Source: an uncultured Flavobacteriaceae bacterium
GTDB lineage: Bacteria > Bacteroidota > Bacteroidia > Flavobacteriales > Flavobacteriaceae
DNA: 64,000 bases
NCBI GenBank assembly: GCA_963836505.1
Contig: CAWIJU010000001.1
Coordinates: forward strand, 85,387-149,386
Direction: 5' to 3'
The position numbers and the translations under genes are program-made. The notes beneath the pieces were generated by a model, which saw only the letters and a program-made list of their open reading frames with translations, was not told the origin of the DNA and ran no database searches. Of this stretch, positions 55,105-64,000 are shown piece by piece (the first letter of the stretch is position 1; each line of letters starts with the position of its first letter).

Positions 55105-56118
55105 TTATTTTTTTGTTTTTACATAGAACAGAGCGACTAGAAAAGAAACAATCAAATAAAACCAAGCAATTTCGTTACCGAAAAAATGACCCAGAATGAT
55201 GGCTTGGATGATATAGGTTATTGGGAAAGCAGTGATGCCAATACTGTATTTGTAGGTCGCAATAAATTCAGCTTCATCAATTTCTTTTTCTTTCTTTTTC
55301 CAGAATAGAATAGGCAGGTAACTATTGATTTTAAATAATATTTCAAATACATTGAAACTCTTACCGTGATCAGGAGGAACTTTTTTAAGCTCTCCTGAGA
55401 TCAATTTTTGATTAAACGCCACAGGATCCAAATATTCATCCTCGTCGATTACTGAAGCATCAAAACCAGGATCTTCAATATGGCAAACAATCTTTTTTAA
55501 TGAGTCGGAGGTAGCTTTAGTCAATTCACTTGCTTGTAAATTGGGATCTTCAAGGCGAAATTCATTTACCCAAATGGGAGCTGCGTAGGTCAGACTAACT
55601 TTAGAACCATATTCAGTAGGAGAACTATAGTTAATGCCTACCGGAATAATCGCAATATCTAAGTCTGGATATTTTTCCAAAGAGCCAAATACCACCCTGG
55701 TAAAACCTTTGCTCAGAGGTCGAACTTTTCTTTCTAAACTATGACTTCCTTCTGCAAAAATTAACAGAGCCAGTTTCTCTTTTAGCAATGAAAAACTAAA
55801 TTCAAACACCGCTTCATTTTTTTTCACCGTACTTAAACCATCTCTTATTCTGTATACAGGTAACATATTAGCTGACCTCATCAACCATTCGATGAGTCCG
55901 GGTTTAAATACGGCAGCACGTGTAAAAAAATAAGTTGTTCTGCGATTTGTTACAGCGATCAACAGCGGATCAATAAGTGCATTTGGATGATTAGAGACAA
56001 ACATGATGGGTTTATCTTTCGGAATATTTTCTGTGCCACTTACATTGATTTTTTTGTAGTAAAAGAAAAAGCCCAGTTGCGCATAAGTGCGCAGAAATAA
56101 ATACCAAATACTTTTCAT
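55105..56118 (-). CDS. PlsC-like (lysophospholipid/glycerol-phosphate) acyltransferase with C-terminal TM helices
   Basis: Acyltransferase block SNHPNALIDPL, plus FAEGSHS and IPVGINY blocks, with two C-terminal TM helices. I prefer the ATG at 56118, which overlaps the upstream stop as ATGA, over the track's TTG at 56196. Confidence 0.75.
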   Translation of the reverse strand: MKSIWYLFLRTYAQLGFFFYYKKINVSGTENIPKDKPIMFVSNHPNALIDPLLIAVTNRRTTYFFTRAAVFKPGLIEWLMRSANMLPVYRIRDGLSTVKKNEAVFEFSFSLLKEKLALLIFAEGSHSLERKVRPLSKGFTRVVFGSLEKYPDLDIAIIPVGINYSSPTEYGSKVSLTYAAPIWVNEFRLEDPNLQASELTKATSDSLKKIVCHIEDPGFDASVIDEDEYLDPVAFNQKLISGELKKVPPDHGKSFNVFEILFKINSYLPILFWKKKEKEIDEAEFIATYKYSIGITAFPITYIIQAIILGHFFGNEIAWFYLIVSFLVALFYVKTKK

Positions 56119-57026
56119 GCTTTGGCTGTTTTCATCCTTTTTTCCGACCAGAAAAAGGCAATCAATAAACCCGAGACAATATCCCAGATCGCCCAAAAAG
56201 CTACCAATAAGGCCATTCCACCTAAACCATCAAAAAAAGTAAAAACCAACATAAGTCCTAATCCTGAATTTTGTATACCCGATTCTATGCTGATGGTTTT
56301 TTGATCGATATAATCTAAGCCTCCAAATCTCGCAGTTAAGAATCCTGTGGACAAAAGCAGAGCATTATGACCCAGAACAATGAACAACACCAGATGAATA
56401 TGTTCTATAAAAATATTGAAGTTATTCAAGAAGGCAATGATTATAAAAGACAAAAAGATAACGACGGAAACCGGTTTTAATATTTTTGAGATCTTCTTTG
56501 AAAATATAGGTTTGTAATGATTAATTAATACTCCAAAGAAAAGTGGAATTCCTAAAATGAGAAGTATAAGTTTTAACACTTCGAATGGATCCAGTGAAAC
56601 ACTTTTTAAGATTTCTGCGGTTGGCGCATAAAGATTACCGTAAAGAGCGAAATTCAGAGGTGTCATGACGAGTGCTGCCAAGGTAGCAAATGCGGTAAGA
56701 CTTACCGATAAAGCAGTATTTCCACCTGCCATTTTTGTCATAAAGTTAGAAACATTGCCACCCGGACAAGCGGCAACCATCATAATTCCAAGGGCTACAC
56801 TAGGTTCCGGTTGAATGACTAGGATAAATAGGTATGAGACCAAAGGAATTAAAATGAATTGTGTCACAATTCCAATGATCACAGGTCTAGGTGATTTTAT
56901 CAGACTCGTAAAATCAGATACTTTGATATCAAGTGCCACACCGAACATCACGAGTGCCAACGCAAAATTAACCAGCCAAAGATTGTCTGAATTGAAATTA
57001 ATGCGTATGTCGTCTATGTTCATCAT
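56115..57026 (-). CDS. Bile acid:sodium symporter (BASS) family transporter, 303 aa
   Basis: Polytopic protein with the family-typical ACPGGNVSNFMTKMAGGNTALSVSLT segment. Confidence 0.85.
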   Translation of the reverse strand: MMNIDDIRINFNSDNLWLVNFALALVMFGVALDIKVSDFTSLIKSPRPVIIGIVTQFILIPLVSYLFILVIQPEPSVALGIMMVAACPGGNVSNFMTKMAGGNTALSVSLTAFATLAALVMTPLNFALYGNLYAPTAEILKSVSLDPFEVLKLILLILGIPLFFGVLINHYKPIFSKKISKILKPVSVVIFLSFIIIAFLNNFNIFIEHIHLVLFIVLGHNALLLSTGFLTARFGGLDYIDQKTISIESGIQNSGLGLMLVFTFFDGLGGMALLVAFWAIWDIVSGLLIAFFWSEKRMKTAKA

Positions 57027-57041
57027 CTGCTCGTTCGAAAG

Positions 57042-57695
57042 TTAATTGGTAAAGGCGTATGAGACGATGTTAGCACCCATTTTAAGTGCTTCAAGTCTCA
57101 ATTCATCAGAATCGTTGTGTACTTCTTTATTTTCCCAGCCATCGCTCAAATCTGATTCAAAATCATAAAAACAAACCAATCTTCCTTCAAAGATCAGCCC
57201 AAGGCCTTTTGGCGGTTTGTTATCATGTTCGTGTACTTTGGGTAATTGTTTAAAGTCGAACTTTTGATGGTAAATAGGATGATCCATGGGCAGTTCAATA
57301 AAATCCAATTCGGGAAAAACTTTTTTCATCTCTCTTTTTAGAGCAAGGTCAATCCCATAATTATCTGACACATGCAAAAATCCACCAGAAGTCAAATAAG
57401 ACCTTAGGTTTTCGGCAGCTTTGTCGCTAAATAAAACATTTCCGTGGCCTGTCATGAATAAAATAGGGTAGGTATAAAAATCATTTTTATTGGTGTCAGC
57501 AGTCCCTACTTTAGAGTCTATATTGGTATTGATGTTTTGGTTACAAAACTTAATTAAATTTGGCACTGCGGTGGGATTGGCATACCAGTCTCCTCCACCC
57601 TCATATTTGAGAACAGCTAATTGTTGGGCAGAAAGTCCAAAAGATAAAAAAATAACCAAAACGATGGTTATAGATCGAATTCGAGTAAAAATCAA
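57042..57695 (-). CDS. DUF4159-like secreted protein, 217 aa
   Basis: Signal peptide followed by LAVLKYEGGGDWYANPTAVPNL...LFMTGHG, which matches DUF4159 as I remember it. Confidence 0.6.
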   Translation of the reverse strand: MIFTRIRSITIVLVIFLSFGLSAQQLAVLKYEGGGDWYANPTAVPNLIKFCNQNINTNIDSKVGTADTNKNDFYTYPILFMTGHGNVLFSDKAAENLRSYLTSGGFLHVSDNYGIDLALKREMKKVFPELDFIELPMDHPIYHQKFDFKQLPKVHEHDNKPPKGLGLIFEGRLVCFYDFESDLSDGWENKEVHNDSDELRLEALKMGANIVSYAFTN

Positions 57696-57713
57696 GTCCT
57701 TTTTTTAATTTAA

Positions 57714-58418
57714 TCAGCTGTTTATCATCGAAATAGATTGGCAGATAACGATACCTGCCGTTTCAGTTCTCAGACGGTTTAATCCCAAAGATAAAGGTTT
57801 ATATTGATGTTGCAAAGCAAGTTCAATTTCGTTCGAACTAAAATCTCCTTCCGGACCTATCAATACATCATAAGAGTTGGCTATTGGAATATTTTTTAGC
57901 TCCAATCTTTCGTGATTTTCACAATGAGCCATTAACTTACACTGAGCTGATGAATTTTTGATAAAATCAGATATGTCGGTAGTCGGATTTATCTTAGGCA
58001 AAAATGTTTGCAATGATTGTTTCATTGCCGCAATGGCCACCTTTTCCAATCGATCCAGTTTGATTATTTTTCTTTCAGAACGGTCACAAATAATTGGAGT
58101 GATCTCATCAATGCCAATTTCTGTCGCTTTTTCTATAAACCATTCAAAACGATCGTTCAATTTTGTGGGTGCAATACCCAGATGAATTTGGTATTGCCAA
58201 TTTTTATTTTTCTTTTCACTGCTCACAATACGCACTTCGCAACGTTTTTCATGGTCTGAAGTTATTTCGGCGACAGAGAGAAGTCCATTTCCATTGGTGA
58301 GAAATATTTGATCGCCAATTTTTTTTCTCAATACCTTTATCAAATGCCTACTTTCTTCCTTGTCGAAAATATGAAAAGTGCTGTCTTTGTTTACATCTGG
58401 CTGAAAAAATAATTGCAT
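57714..58418 (-). CDS. rsmE: 16S rRNA (uracil1498-N3)-methyltransferase RsmE, 234 aa
   Basis: MQLFF N-terminus, PUA-like domain, and a SPOUT C-terminus with LIGPEGDFS...RTETA. Confidence 0.9.
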   Translation of the reverse strand: MQLFFQPDVNKDSTFHIFDKEESRHLIKVLRKKIGDQIFLTNGNGLLSVAEITSDHEKRCEVRIVSSEKKNKNWQYQIHLGIAPTKLNDRFEWFIEKATEIGIDEITPIICDRSERKIIKLDRLEKVAIAAMKQSLQTFLPKINPTTDISDFIKNSSAQCKLMAHCENHERLELKNIPIANSYDVLIGPEGDFSSNEIELALQHQYKPLSLGLNRLRTETAGIVICQSISMINS

Positions 58419-58434
58419 ATGTGAAAACCTGATT

Positions 58435-59556
58435 TTAGTTTATCGGTAATACGTAGGTCGATCTTCTTTTATTGACATTGACGTCAAAATTTTTCCACAT
58501 TGAATGAATCTGCGCGTTGTTCTCTAATTCCGGAGTTTGGTTGGCAATTTTAATATGATTCTTTTTGTAGGTATAGTAAAATTCACTCATGATAATGGCA
58601 TTTATACCTTTGTTTTGATATTCTGGCAAAATTCCTATGAGATAAAAATCTACCACATCATTTGATTTACGCGCTTTTAATAAATGCCAAAAGCCAAATG
58701 GAAAAAGCTTACCTTTTGCTTTTTGCATGGCCTTTGCATAGGATGGCATAGTAATGGCAAAACTAATTATTTTACCCTCCCTGTCCAGCACAAACTTGAT
58801 ATACTCTGGATTGATAAAACTGAGATATTTTGTCTTAAAAAAATTGATCTGACTTTTAGTGATGGGTACAAAAGAGGAAAGCCTGGCATACGATTTATTA
58901 AAGACTTCAAACATTTCATCTACATAGGGAAAAATTTCTTTTGAGTTTTTAAAGTTTAGAGGTCTGACCTGATATTTTTCCTGAACGATCTTAGAGAACC
59001 TGTGATACCGATCGACTTCCAAATCATCAAAAATCAAAAAACTTTCTCTAAATGTTTTTTCAGTAGTGTATCCTAGCTGCTCGAAGTGTTCTTTGTAATA
59101 AGGTTTGCTATACCAGGTGAGACTCGTACTTAATTGGTCAAAACCTTCAATTAGGACACCTACTTTATCAAGATTTGAAAAACCTAAGGGACCTTCAATG
59201 AATTCTAGTCCATTCTCTTTTCCTATTTTGTAGACCTTATTTAATAGAGCTTTACTTACCTCAATATCATCAACTACATCGAACCATCCAAAACGTATTT
59301 TCTTAATGCCTTGTTGCTCAATTTCTATATTGTTAATTATTACGGCAACCCTACCCACAATTTTTCCTTTTTTGAGAGCTAAAAAAAATCGTGCACTTGC
59401 ATGTTCGAAAACTGGATTTTTATTTTTGTCAAAAGAATCTAATTCTTCTGAAATAATAGGTGGTACCCAATAAGGGTTATTTTTGAACAGTCGGAATGGA
59501 AATTTGACAAATCTTTTTAATTCCTTCCTTCCACTTATTTCCTCAATAGTAATCAT
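58435..59556 (-). CDS. Conserved hypothetical protein, possibly a GNAT-fold acyltransferase, 373 aa
   Basis: N-terminal NNPYWVPP motif. The C-terminal YLIGILPEYQNKGINA segment resembles a GNAT acetyl-CoA loop (Q/RxxGxG/A style). The assignment is from memory only. Confidence 0.45.
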   Translation of the reverse strand: MITIEEISGRKELKRFVKFPFRLFKNNPYWVPPIISEELDSFDKNKNPVFEHASARFFLALKKGKIVGRVAVIINNIEIEQQGIKKIRFGWFDVVDDIEVSKALLNKVYKIGKENGLEFIEGPLGFSNLDKVGVLIEGFDQLSTSLTWYSKPYYKEHFEQLGYTTEKTFRESFLIFDDLEVDRYHRFSKIVQEKYQVRPLNFKNSKEIFPYVDEMFEVFNKSYARLSSFVPITKSQINFFKTKYLSFINPEYIKFVLDREGKIISFAITMPSYAKAMQKAKGKLFPFGFWHLLKARKSNDVVDFYLIGILPEYQNKGINAIIMSEFYYTYKKNHIKIANQTPELENNAQIHSMWKNFDVNVNKRRSTYVLPIN

Positions 59557-59565
59557 TGACCAAAA

Positions 59566-60729
59566 TTAGCTATTTTCTTGTTTGCTGTATTTTTTTTGTG
59601 CTTTTTCTTTTTGTTTTTGGTCTTTAATGAGTTGCTTATTTCTCTTTTTCTTCGCTTTTTGTGCTTTTTTATTAACGGGAGCTTGAAGTCCGGATCTGGA
59701 TTTGGCGTCTTTTACTTTGACATCTCGCATTTTTTTGTCGTTTGATTTTTTAGCAAACCAGGAACCAGCAAATAAGCCGCCTAAAAATCCCTTTTTCTCT
59801 TGGGGTAAAGCAATGTCCTCATTGTTTGCTTCACTCTGAATAATCTTGTCCTTATGTCTGTCCAAACGCCAGGAGATACCGGTATTGAATAAATATGAAG
59901 AATCAAAACGTTCGTCGTAAATCATTCTTGCAGACAGATCAACTTGTAAGTTTGGATTGATCAGGTAAGCACCTCCTGCACCAAATTGAAAATCATTGGG
60001 AACATTGGTTCTATAAAATAGTTGACCCTCACCAAAAACAGATATTTTTGGATTTAAGGCATAAGTACTCGTCAGTATGAATGAACTTTCCTGGTCATCG
60101 GTAAATAGTTTATCTGCAATAAAATTCATCAAAACAATCCACCTTTCGGTGAGATCGTTTTGCGTAAAAATTGCGACACGAGGAGTCATGCCCTCATTGT
60201 TCTTATATAGATCCATCAAGAGGTTTGTGTTTAATCCTGCATAGACTCCTACTGCGGGTATCAACCTCCTTTTGTCAAATTTGTGTCTTTCTTTCCAGCT
60301 CCTTATTTCTTTAGACTTGTCCCTGTATTTTGGCATGTAAACCAAATATTTCGCACCAATCGTCATCCTGCTGAAACCGAAACCAGACGCAACCGAATCT
60401 TGAGGTCTAGAAAAAAAACGTTCTTCATTGGCTACGGCCATATCGAGATTTAACTCTAATTTTTCCCAAATTAGCCCTGACCTCAATAAAACATCTAAAC
60501 CATAACCATCTGCACTATATGAAACGGATTGATCCAAATCTTTGTCCCAATACAAATAATTCCCTACATTTTTATAGAAAAAACCACTTTCCACCTGGTA
60601 AACTTTAGTGCCAACACTATACGGACTATCAGAAAATCCCGGGCGTCTTGAATTGATCAATTCTGTGTATTGGGCAAAGCCCAAATGAACAAATAATAGA
60701 AAAGGTAAGAGTTTTAAAAAGTGAGGCAT
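59566..60729 (-). CDS. Outer-membrane beta-barrel (MetA-pathway / PF13557-like transporter) with a 97-aa polybasic C-terminal tail, 387 aa
   Basis: Signal peptide. N-terminal SRRPGFSDSPYSVGTKVYQVESG is typical of that barrel family, and alternating beta-strand patterns run to ...GISWRLD. A Lys-rich tail follows. Confidence 0.6.
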   Translation of the reverse strand: MPHFLKLLPFLLFVHLGFAQYTELINSRRPGFSDSPYSVGTKVYQVESGFFYKNVGNYLYWDKDLDQSVSYSADGYGLDVLLRSGLIWEKLELNLDMAVANEERFFSRPQDSVASGFGFSRMTIGAKYLVYMPKYRDKSKEIRSWKERHKFDKRRLIPAVGVYAGLNTNLLMDLYKNNEGMTPRVAIFTQNDLTERWIVLMNFIADKLFTDDQESSFILTSTYALNPKISVFGEGQLFYRTNVPNDFQFGAGGAYLINPNLQVDLSARMIYDERFDSSYLFNTGISWRLDRHKDKIIQSEANNEDIALPQEKKGFLGGLFAGSWFAKKSNDKKMRDVKVKDAKSRSGLQAPVNKKAQKAKKKRNKQLIKDQKQKEKAQKKYSKQENS

Positions 60730-60749
60730 CCTTTTAAATGGGTTTTAGT

Positions 60750-60757
60750 CAAAAGTA
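60750..60757 (-). promoter_or_regulatory. Sigma-A -7 box (TACTTTTG) for the six-gene minus-strand string
   Basis: Exact TAnnTTTG on the minus strand, 20 nt upstream of the ATG at 60729. Confidence 0.35.
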
Positions 60758-60798
60758 AGTTTTTCTTTTTATTAACGTTCAACTTGCTCTCAAATTGT

Positions 60799-60806
60799 TA
60801 TTTTTG
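60799..60806 (+). promoter_or_regulatory. Sigma-A -7 box (TATTTTTG) for the DUF4834-like gene
   Basis: Exact TAnnTTTG, 19 nt upstream of the ATG at 60826. Confidence 0.35.
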
Positions 60807-60825
60807 ACGTTTAATTAAAAAAAAT

Positions 60826-61092
60826 ATGCAAGAGGCTTCATTACAAGGAATTCTTCGAACAATATTAATTATCATGTTGGTGTATTACGGGATGAAATTT
60901 GTCGCTAGAATTTTATTTCCTGTCTTCTTTCAAAAAATGGTCAAAAACTTTGAAAAACAGGCCCGTCAACATCAAAATGATCAGTCCCAAACCAAACAAA
61001 AAGTCGGGGAGACAATAGTTGACAAAGTTCCTGACATGAAGCAATCCAGCAATTCCGTTGGCGAATATGTAGATTACGAAGAAGTTGATTAA
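60826..61092 (+). CDS. DUF4834-like small membrane protein, 88 aa
   Basis: Single TM helix (ILRTILIIMLVYYGMKFV) and an acidic C-terminus GEYVDYEEVD, as in DUF4834 from memory. Confidence 0.6.
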   Translation: MQEASLQGILRTILIIMLVYYGMKFVARILFPVFFQKMVKNFEKQARQHQNDQSQTKQKVGETIVDKVPDMKQSSNSVGEYVDYEEVD

Positions 61093-61147
61093 TTCGCTTT
61101 TCAACCCATATTTTTTGTAATATTGTTGGTTTAACTAGCAATTACCC

Positions 61148-63577
61148 ATGAATTTTAAAAAATTCCTGCCTTTTCTTATAGCCATTTCAATTTTTATCAT
61201 TGCCTCGCTGGCTTATTTTTCACCGATTTTAGATGGAAAAGAGCTTTTTCAAAGCGATATTGCTCAATTTAGAGGGATGTCTAAAGAGGTTCAAGATTTT
61301 AGAACAAAAACAGGGGAAGAACCTTATTGGACGAACAGGGCATTTGGAGGAATGCCAACTTACCAGCTCAGCACCTATTACCCACATGACTATATCAAAA
61401 GAATAGATAGCTGGTTGCGTTTTTTGCCCCGTCCGGCAGACTATTTGTTTCTTTATTTTCTCAGTTTTTTTATTCTATTAATTACCCTTAAAGTACATTG
61501 GAAAACAGCGATCATTGGAGCCTTAGGCTTTGGCTTTTCTACTTACCTCATCATTATTTTAGGAGTGGGGCATAATGCCAAAGCGCATGCCATAGGATAT
61601 ATGCCTTTGGTTTTAGCGGGGCTGATCCTGATTTTTGATAAGCGTTATGTGCTGGGATTTATTATTGCTGCACTTGCAATTTCTTTAGAAATTGCTGCAA
61701 GTCATCCTCAAATGACCTATTACTTGCTTTTTTTTGGTGCGATTTTAGGACTCGTTAAATTATTGGAAAGTATCAAAGAAAAATCCTGGCCAGATTATCT
61801 TATGTCTTTGGGTATTTTCTTTTTAGCGGCATTTTTAGCATTGGGCATGAATGCTACGTCTTTGATGGCTACAAAAGAATATGCTTCAGAAAGTACAAGA
61901 AGTAAAAGCGAATTAACCATCAATCCCGATGGATCTGAAAAGGAATCTACCGGTGGATTAAGCAGGGACTATATTACGGAATACAGCTATGGAATAATGG
62001 AGACATTCAATTTGTTCATTCCTAGATTTAAGGGTGGATCCAACAACGAATATCTGGGGTCGGATTCTCATATTTACGAATTTCTCAAAGACAAAGCCGG
62101 TCGTAAACAAGCCCTTGGTTTTGCAGAGAATGCACCTATGTATTGGGGAGAACAACCTATTGTTGCTGCTCCTGCCTATGTTGGTGCCGTAATGATCTTT
62201 CTTTTTGTTGTGGGTATTTTTTTAGTCAGACAGCCTTGGAAAAAATGGTTGATCATTAGTGCAGTTTTTTCTATTTTGTTAAGTTGGGGTAAGAATTTTG
62301 GCGTTCTTACAGATCTTTTTATCGATTATGTGCCTTTGTATAACAAATTCAGGGCTGTTTCATCTATTCAGGTGATAGCAGAATTAGCTATTCCTTTACT
62401 TGGAATCCTTGGATTACAAGCACTTTTTAAGAAGGAAATCACATCAGAAGATAAATTAAAAGCGGTTAAATTTAGCTTTTATATTACCGGTGGAATCGCA
62501 CTGTTTTTTGGCCTTTTTGGAACCGGACTTTTTTCTTTCGAGAGTTTTAGAGATACCTCCTATGAAGGTATGTTGCCAGGTTTGACCAGTGTTATTATAG
62601 ATGACAGAAAGGAGATTTTCAGAAATGACAGTTTTCGTTCTTTGATTTTTGTTTTTCTCACTGCTGCCTTGATTTGGTTTTTTATAAAGCAAAAGGTTAA
62701 TAAAAATATTCTATGGGTTGGATTATTGGTTCTAGTCCTTGCTGATTTGGTACTTATCGACAAGAGATATGTGAACAAGGAAGATTTTGTGACAAGCAAT
62801 AGTTTGGAAAAACCTTTTCCAAAAACACCAATCAATGATTTAATTTTAGAAGACAAAGGGCATTATCGTGTAATGAATTTCATGGTAAACCCAATGAATG
62901 ATGGAAGCACATCTTTTTATCACAATTCCATTGGCGGATATCACGCGGCAAAACCAAGAAGATATCAAGAATTGTTTGATTTTCAAATTGCCAATAACAA
63001 TGTTGAAGTTCTAAATATGCTCAATGCTAAATACTTCATTTTTCCAGATCAGAATAGTACGCCACAGGTTCAGATAAACGAAGATTCCAACGGCAATGCT
63101 TGGTTTGTGGATAAAGTGAAATTTGTCGATACAGCAAATGAAGAGATCATTTCTTTAGACAGTTTGAAAACAAAGGAAATAGCAGTGGTTCGCAGAGAAT
63201 TTGAAAGTTTGATCAGACCGTTAACATCAGAAATAGATAGCACAGCAACAATAGAACTGATAGCCTATGCACCTAATAAATTAGAATATAAAACATCGTC
63301 ATCGAAAGATCAATTGGCTGTTTTTTCTGAAATATATTATCAAAATGGGTGGAATGCCTATGTTGATGGTGAACTTCAGCCGCATTTCAGGGCTAATTAC
63401 GTGTTAAGAGCCATGATGATTCCGGCAGGGAACCACACTGTTTTGTTTCAATTCGAACCTGAAATCATACGAACGGGCTCAACCATTTCGATTATATCTT
63501 ATCTGGCCTTTGTACTTCTATCTATTACCGGATATTTTTTATTCAAAAAGAAACCAGAATCCAAGAATGGAGTATAA
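61148..63577 (+). CDS. YfhO-family polytopic membrane protein (putative glycosyltransferase), 809 aa
   Basis: Many TM helices and a large C-terminal extracytoplasmic domain. The N-terminal region FSPILDGKELFQSDIAQFRGMSKE is typical of YfhO-like proteins. Confidence 0.7.
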   Translation: MNFKKFLPFLIAISIFIIASLAYFSPILDGKELFQSDIAQFRGMSKEVQDFRTKTGEEPYWTNRAFGGMPTYQLSTYYPHDYIKRIDSWLRFLPRPADYLFLYFLSFFILLITLKVHWKTAIIGALGFGFSTYLIIILGVGHNAKAHAIGYMPLVLAGLILIFDKRYVLGFIIAALAISLEIAASHPQMTYYLLFFGAILGLVKLLESIKEKSWPDYLMSLGIFFLAAFLALGMNATSLMATKEYASESTRSKSELTINPDGSEKESTGGLSRDYITEYSYGIMETFNLFIPRFKGGSNNEYLGSDSHIYEFLKDKAGRKQALGFAENAPMYWGEQPIVAAPAYVGAVMIFLFVVGIFLVRQPWKKWLIISAVFSILLSWGKNFGVLTDLFIDYVPLYNKFRAVSSIQVIAELAIPLLGILGLQALFKKEITSEDKLKAVKFSFYITGGIALFFGLFGTGLFSFESFRDTSYEGMLPGLTSVIIDDRKEIFRNDSFRSLIFVFLTAALIWFFIKQKVNKNILWVGLLVLVLADLVLIDKRYVNKEDFVTSNSLEKPFPKTPINDLILEDKGHYRVMNFMVNPMNDGSTSFYHNSIGGYHAAKPRRYQELFDFQIANNNVEVLNMLNAKYFIFPDQNSTPQVQINEDSNGNAWFVDKVKFVDTANEEIISLDSLKTKEIAVVRREFESLIRPLTSEIDSTATIELIAYAPNKLEYKTSSSKDQLAVFSEIYYQNGWNAYVDGELQPHFRANYVLRAMMIPAGNHTVLFQFEPEIIRTGSTISIISYLAFVLLSITGYFLFKKKPESKNGV

Positions 63578-64000
63578 AGTAACACCTAAAAAGCGCTTTT
63601 CACACACGCTCGAGTTTTTACAACGTGTATTACCGGCTCCTGCAAAAATTTTGGATCTGGGAGTGCGGAATGAGCTAAGTATTTTGATGGAGGAGGCAGG
63701 TTATACAGTGATCAATACCTCCGGTGAAGATTTGGATCTAGATCTATCTGTTGTAAAGCAAAATTTTGATGCCGTTACAGCCTTCGAGATCTTTGAGCAT
63801 TTAATCGCTCCTTTTAATATCTTACGAGCGATAGAAGCCGAGAAGCTCATTACCACAGTACCACTTAATTTATGGTTTGCAAAAGCCTATAGAAGTAATA
63901 CGGATAAATGGGACAGACATTACCACGAATTTGAAGATTGGCAATTTGACTGGCTTTTGGAAAAATCGGGTTGGAAGATCAAAGACACTTTGAAATGGAC
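63567..64000 (+). CDS. Class I SAM-dependent methyltransferase-like protein (partial, runs off the window)
   Basis: An open frame from the ATG at 63567 to the window end, not in the track because it has no stop. MEYKVTPKKRFSHTLEFLQRVLPAPAKILDLGVRNE...FDAVTAFEIFEHL resembles SAM motif I and post-II. It overlaps the YfhO-like gene by 11 nt. Confidence 0.55.
   Translation, partial: MEYKVTPKKRFSHTLEFLQRVLPAPAKILDLGVRNELSILMEEAGYTVINTSGEDLDLDLSVVKQNFDAVTAFEIFEHLIAPFNILRAIEAEKLITTVPLNLWFAKAYRSNTDKWDRHYHEFEDWQFDWLLEKSGWKIKDTLKW

Overview
This is an AT-rich, very gene-dense chromosomal segment with about 68 protein-coding genes. I recognise no rRNA, tRNA, CRISPR array, transposase, integrase or phage genes. 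It looks like core genome of a Flavobacteriia-class Bacteroidota organism. It carries the gliding/T9SS motor operon gldK-gldL-gldM-gldN. Exact TAnnTTTG -7 promoter boxes sit in front of at least 18 transcription units, and I saw no obvious Shine-Dalgarno sequence in the spacers I read. Main blocks, in order: (1) a minus-strand string miaB, sigma-54 activator, LptE-like lipoprotein, TPR-like protein, secG, followed by groES-groEL (0-6.5 kb). (2) topA, a degenerate arginase-fold gene and gldKLMN (6.7-15.1 kb). (3) A frameshifted long-form urocanase hutU with an untracked 52-codon Cys-rich ORF just upstream (19.3-21.4 kb). (4) Assorted envelope and housekeeping genes (ygiQ, MscS, M42 peptidase, L,D-transpeptidase, ppx-like, pdxH, recR, GT2). 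(5) All nine heme-pathway steps in one divergent locus, hemJ-hemH <> hemA-C-D-B-L-E-N (40.0-49.4 kb). (6) An orphan E2 acyltransferase, a DEDDh exonuclease and a GH3/beta-lactamase-fold fusion. (7) A tight six-gene minus-strand string (55.1-60.7 kb): outer-membrane channel with a polybasic tail, GNAT-like protein, rsmE, DUF4159, BASS transporter, PlsC-like acyltransferase. I do not see a clear-cut novel multi-gene system such as a defence island or mobile element. The best leads for something undescribed are three. (i) A well-placed sigma-54 -24/-12 element in front of groES-groEL, with a sensor-domain-less activator 1.8 kb upstream and a shared 15-nt motif in the two flanking control regions. 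(ii) A metal-ligand-degenerate arginase-fold gene that may share a promoter with gldKLMN. (iii) A translationally coupled BASS transporter / acyltransferase pair inside the six-gene envelope string. All product calls come from reading the translations by eye; none has been checked against a database.
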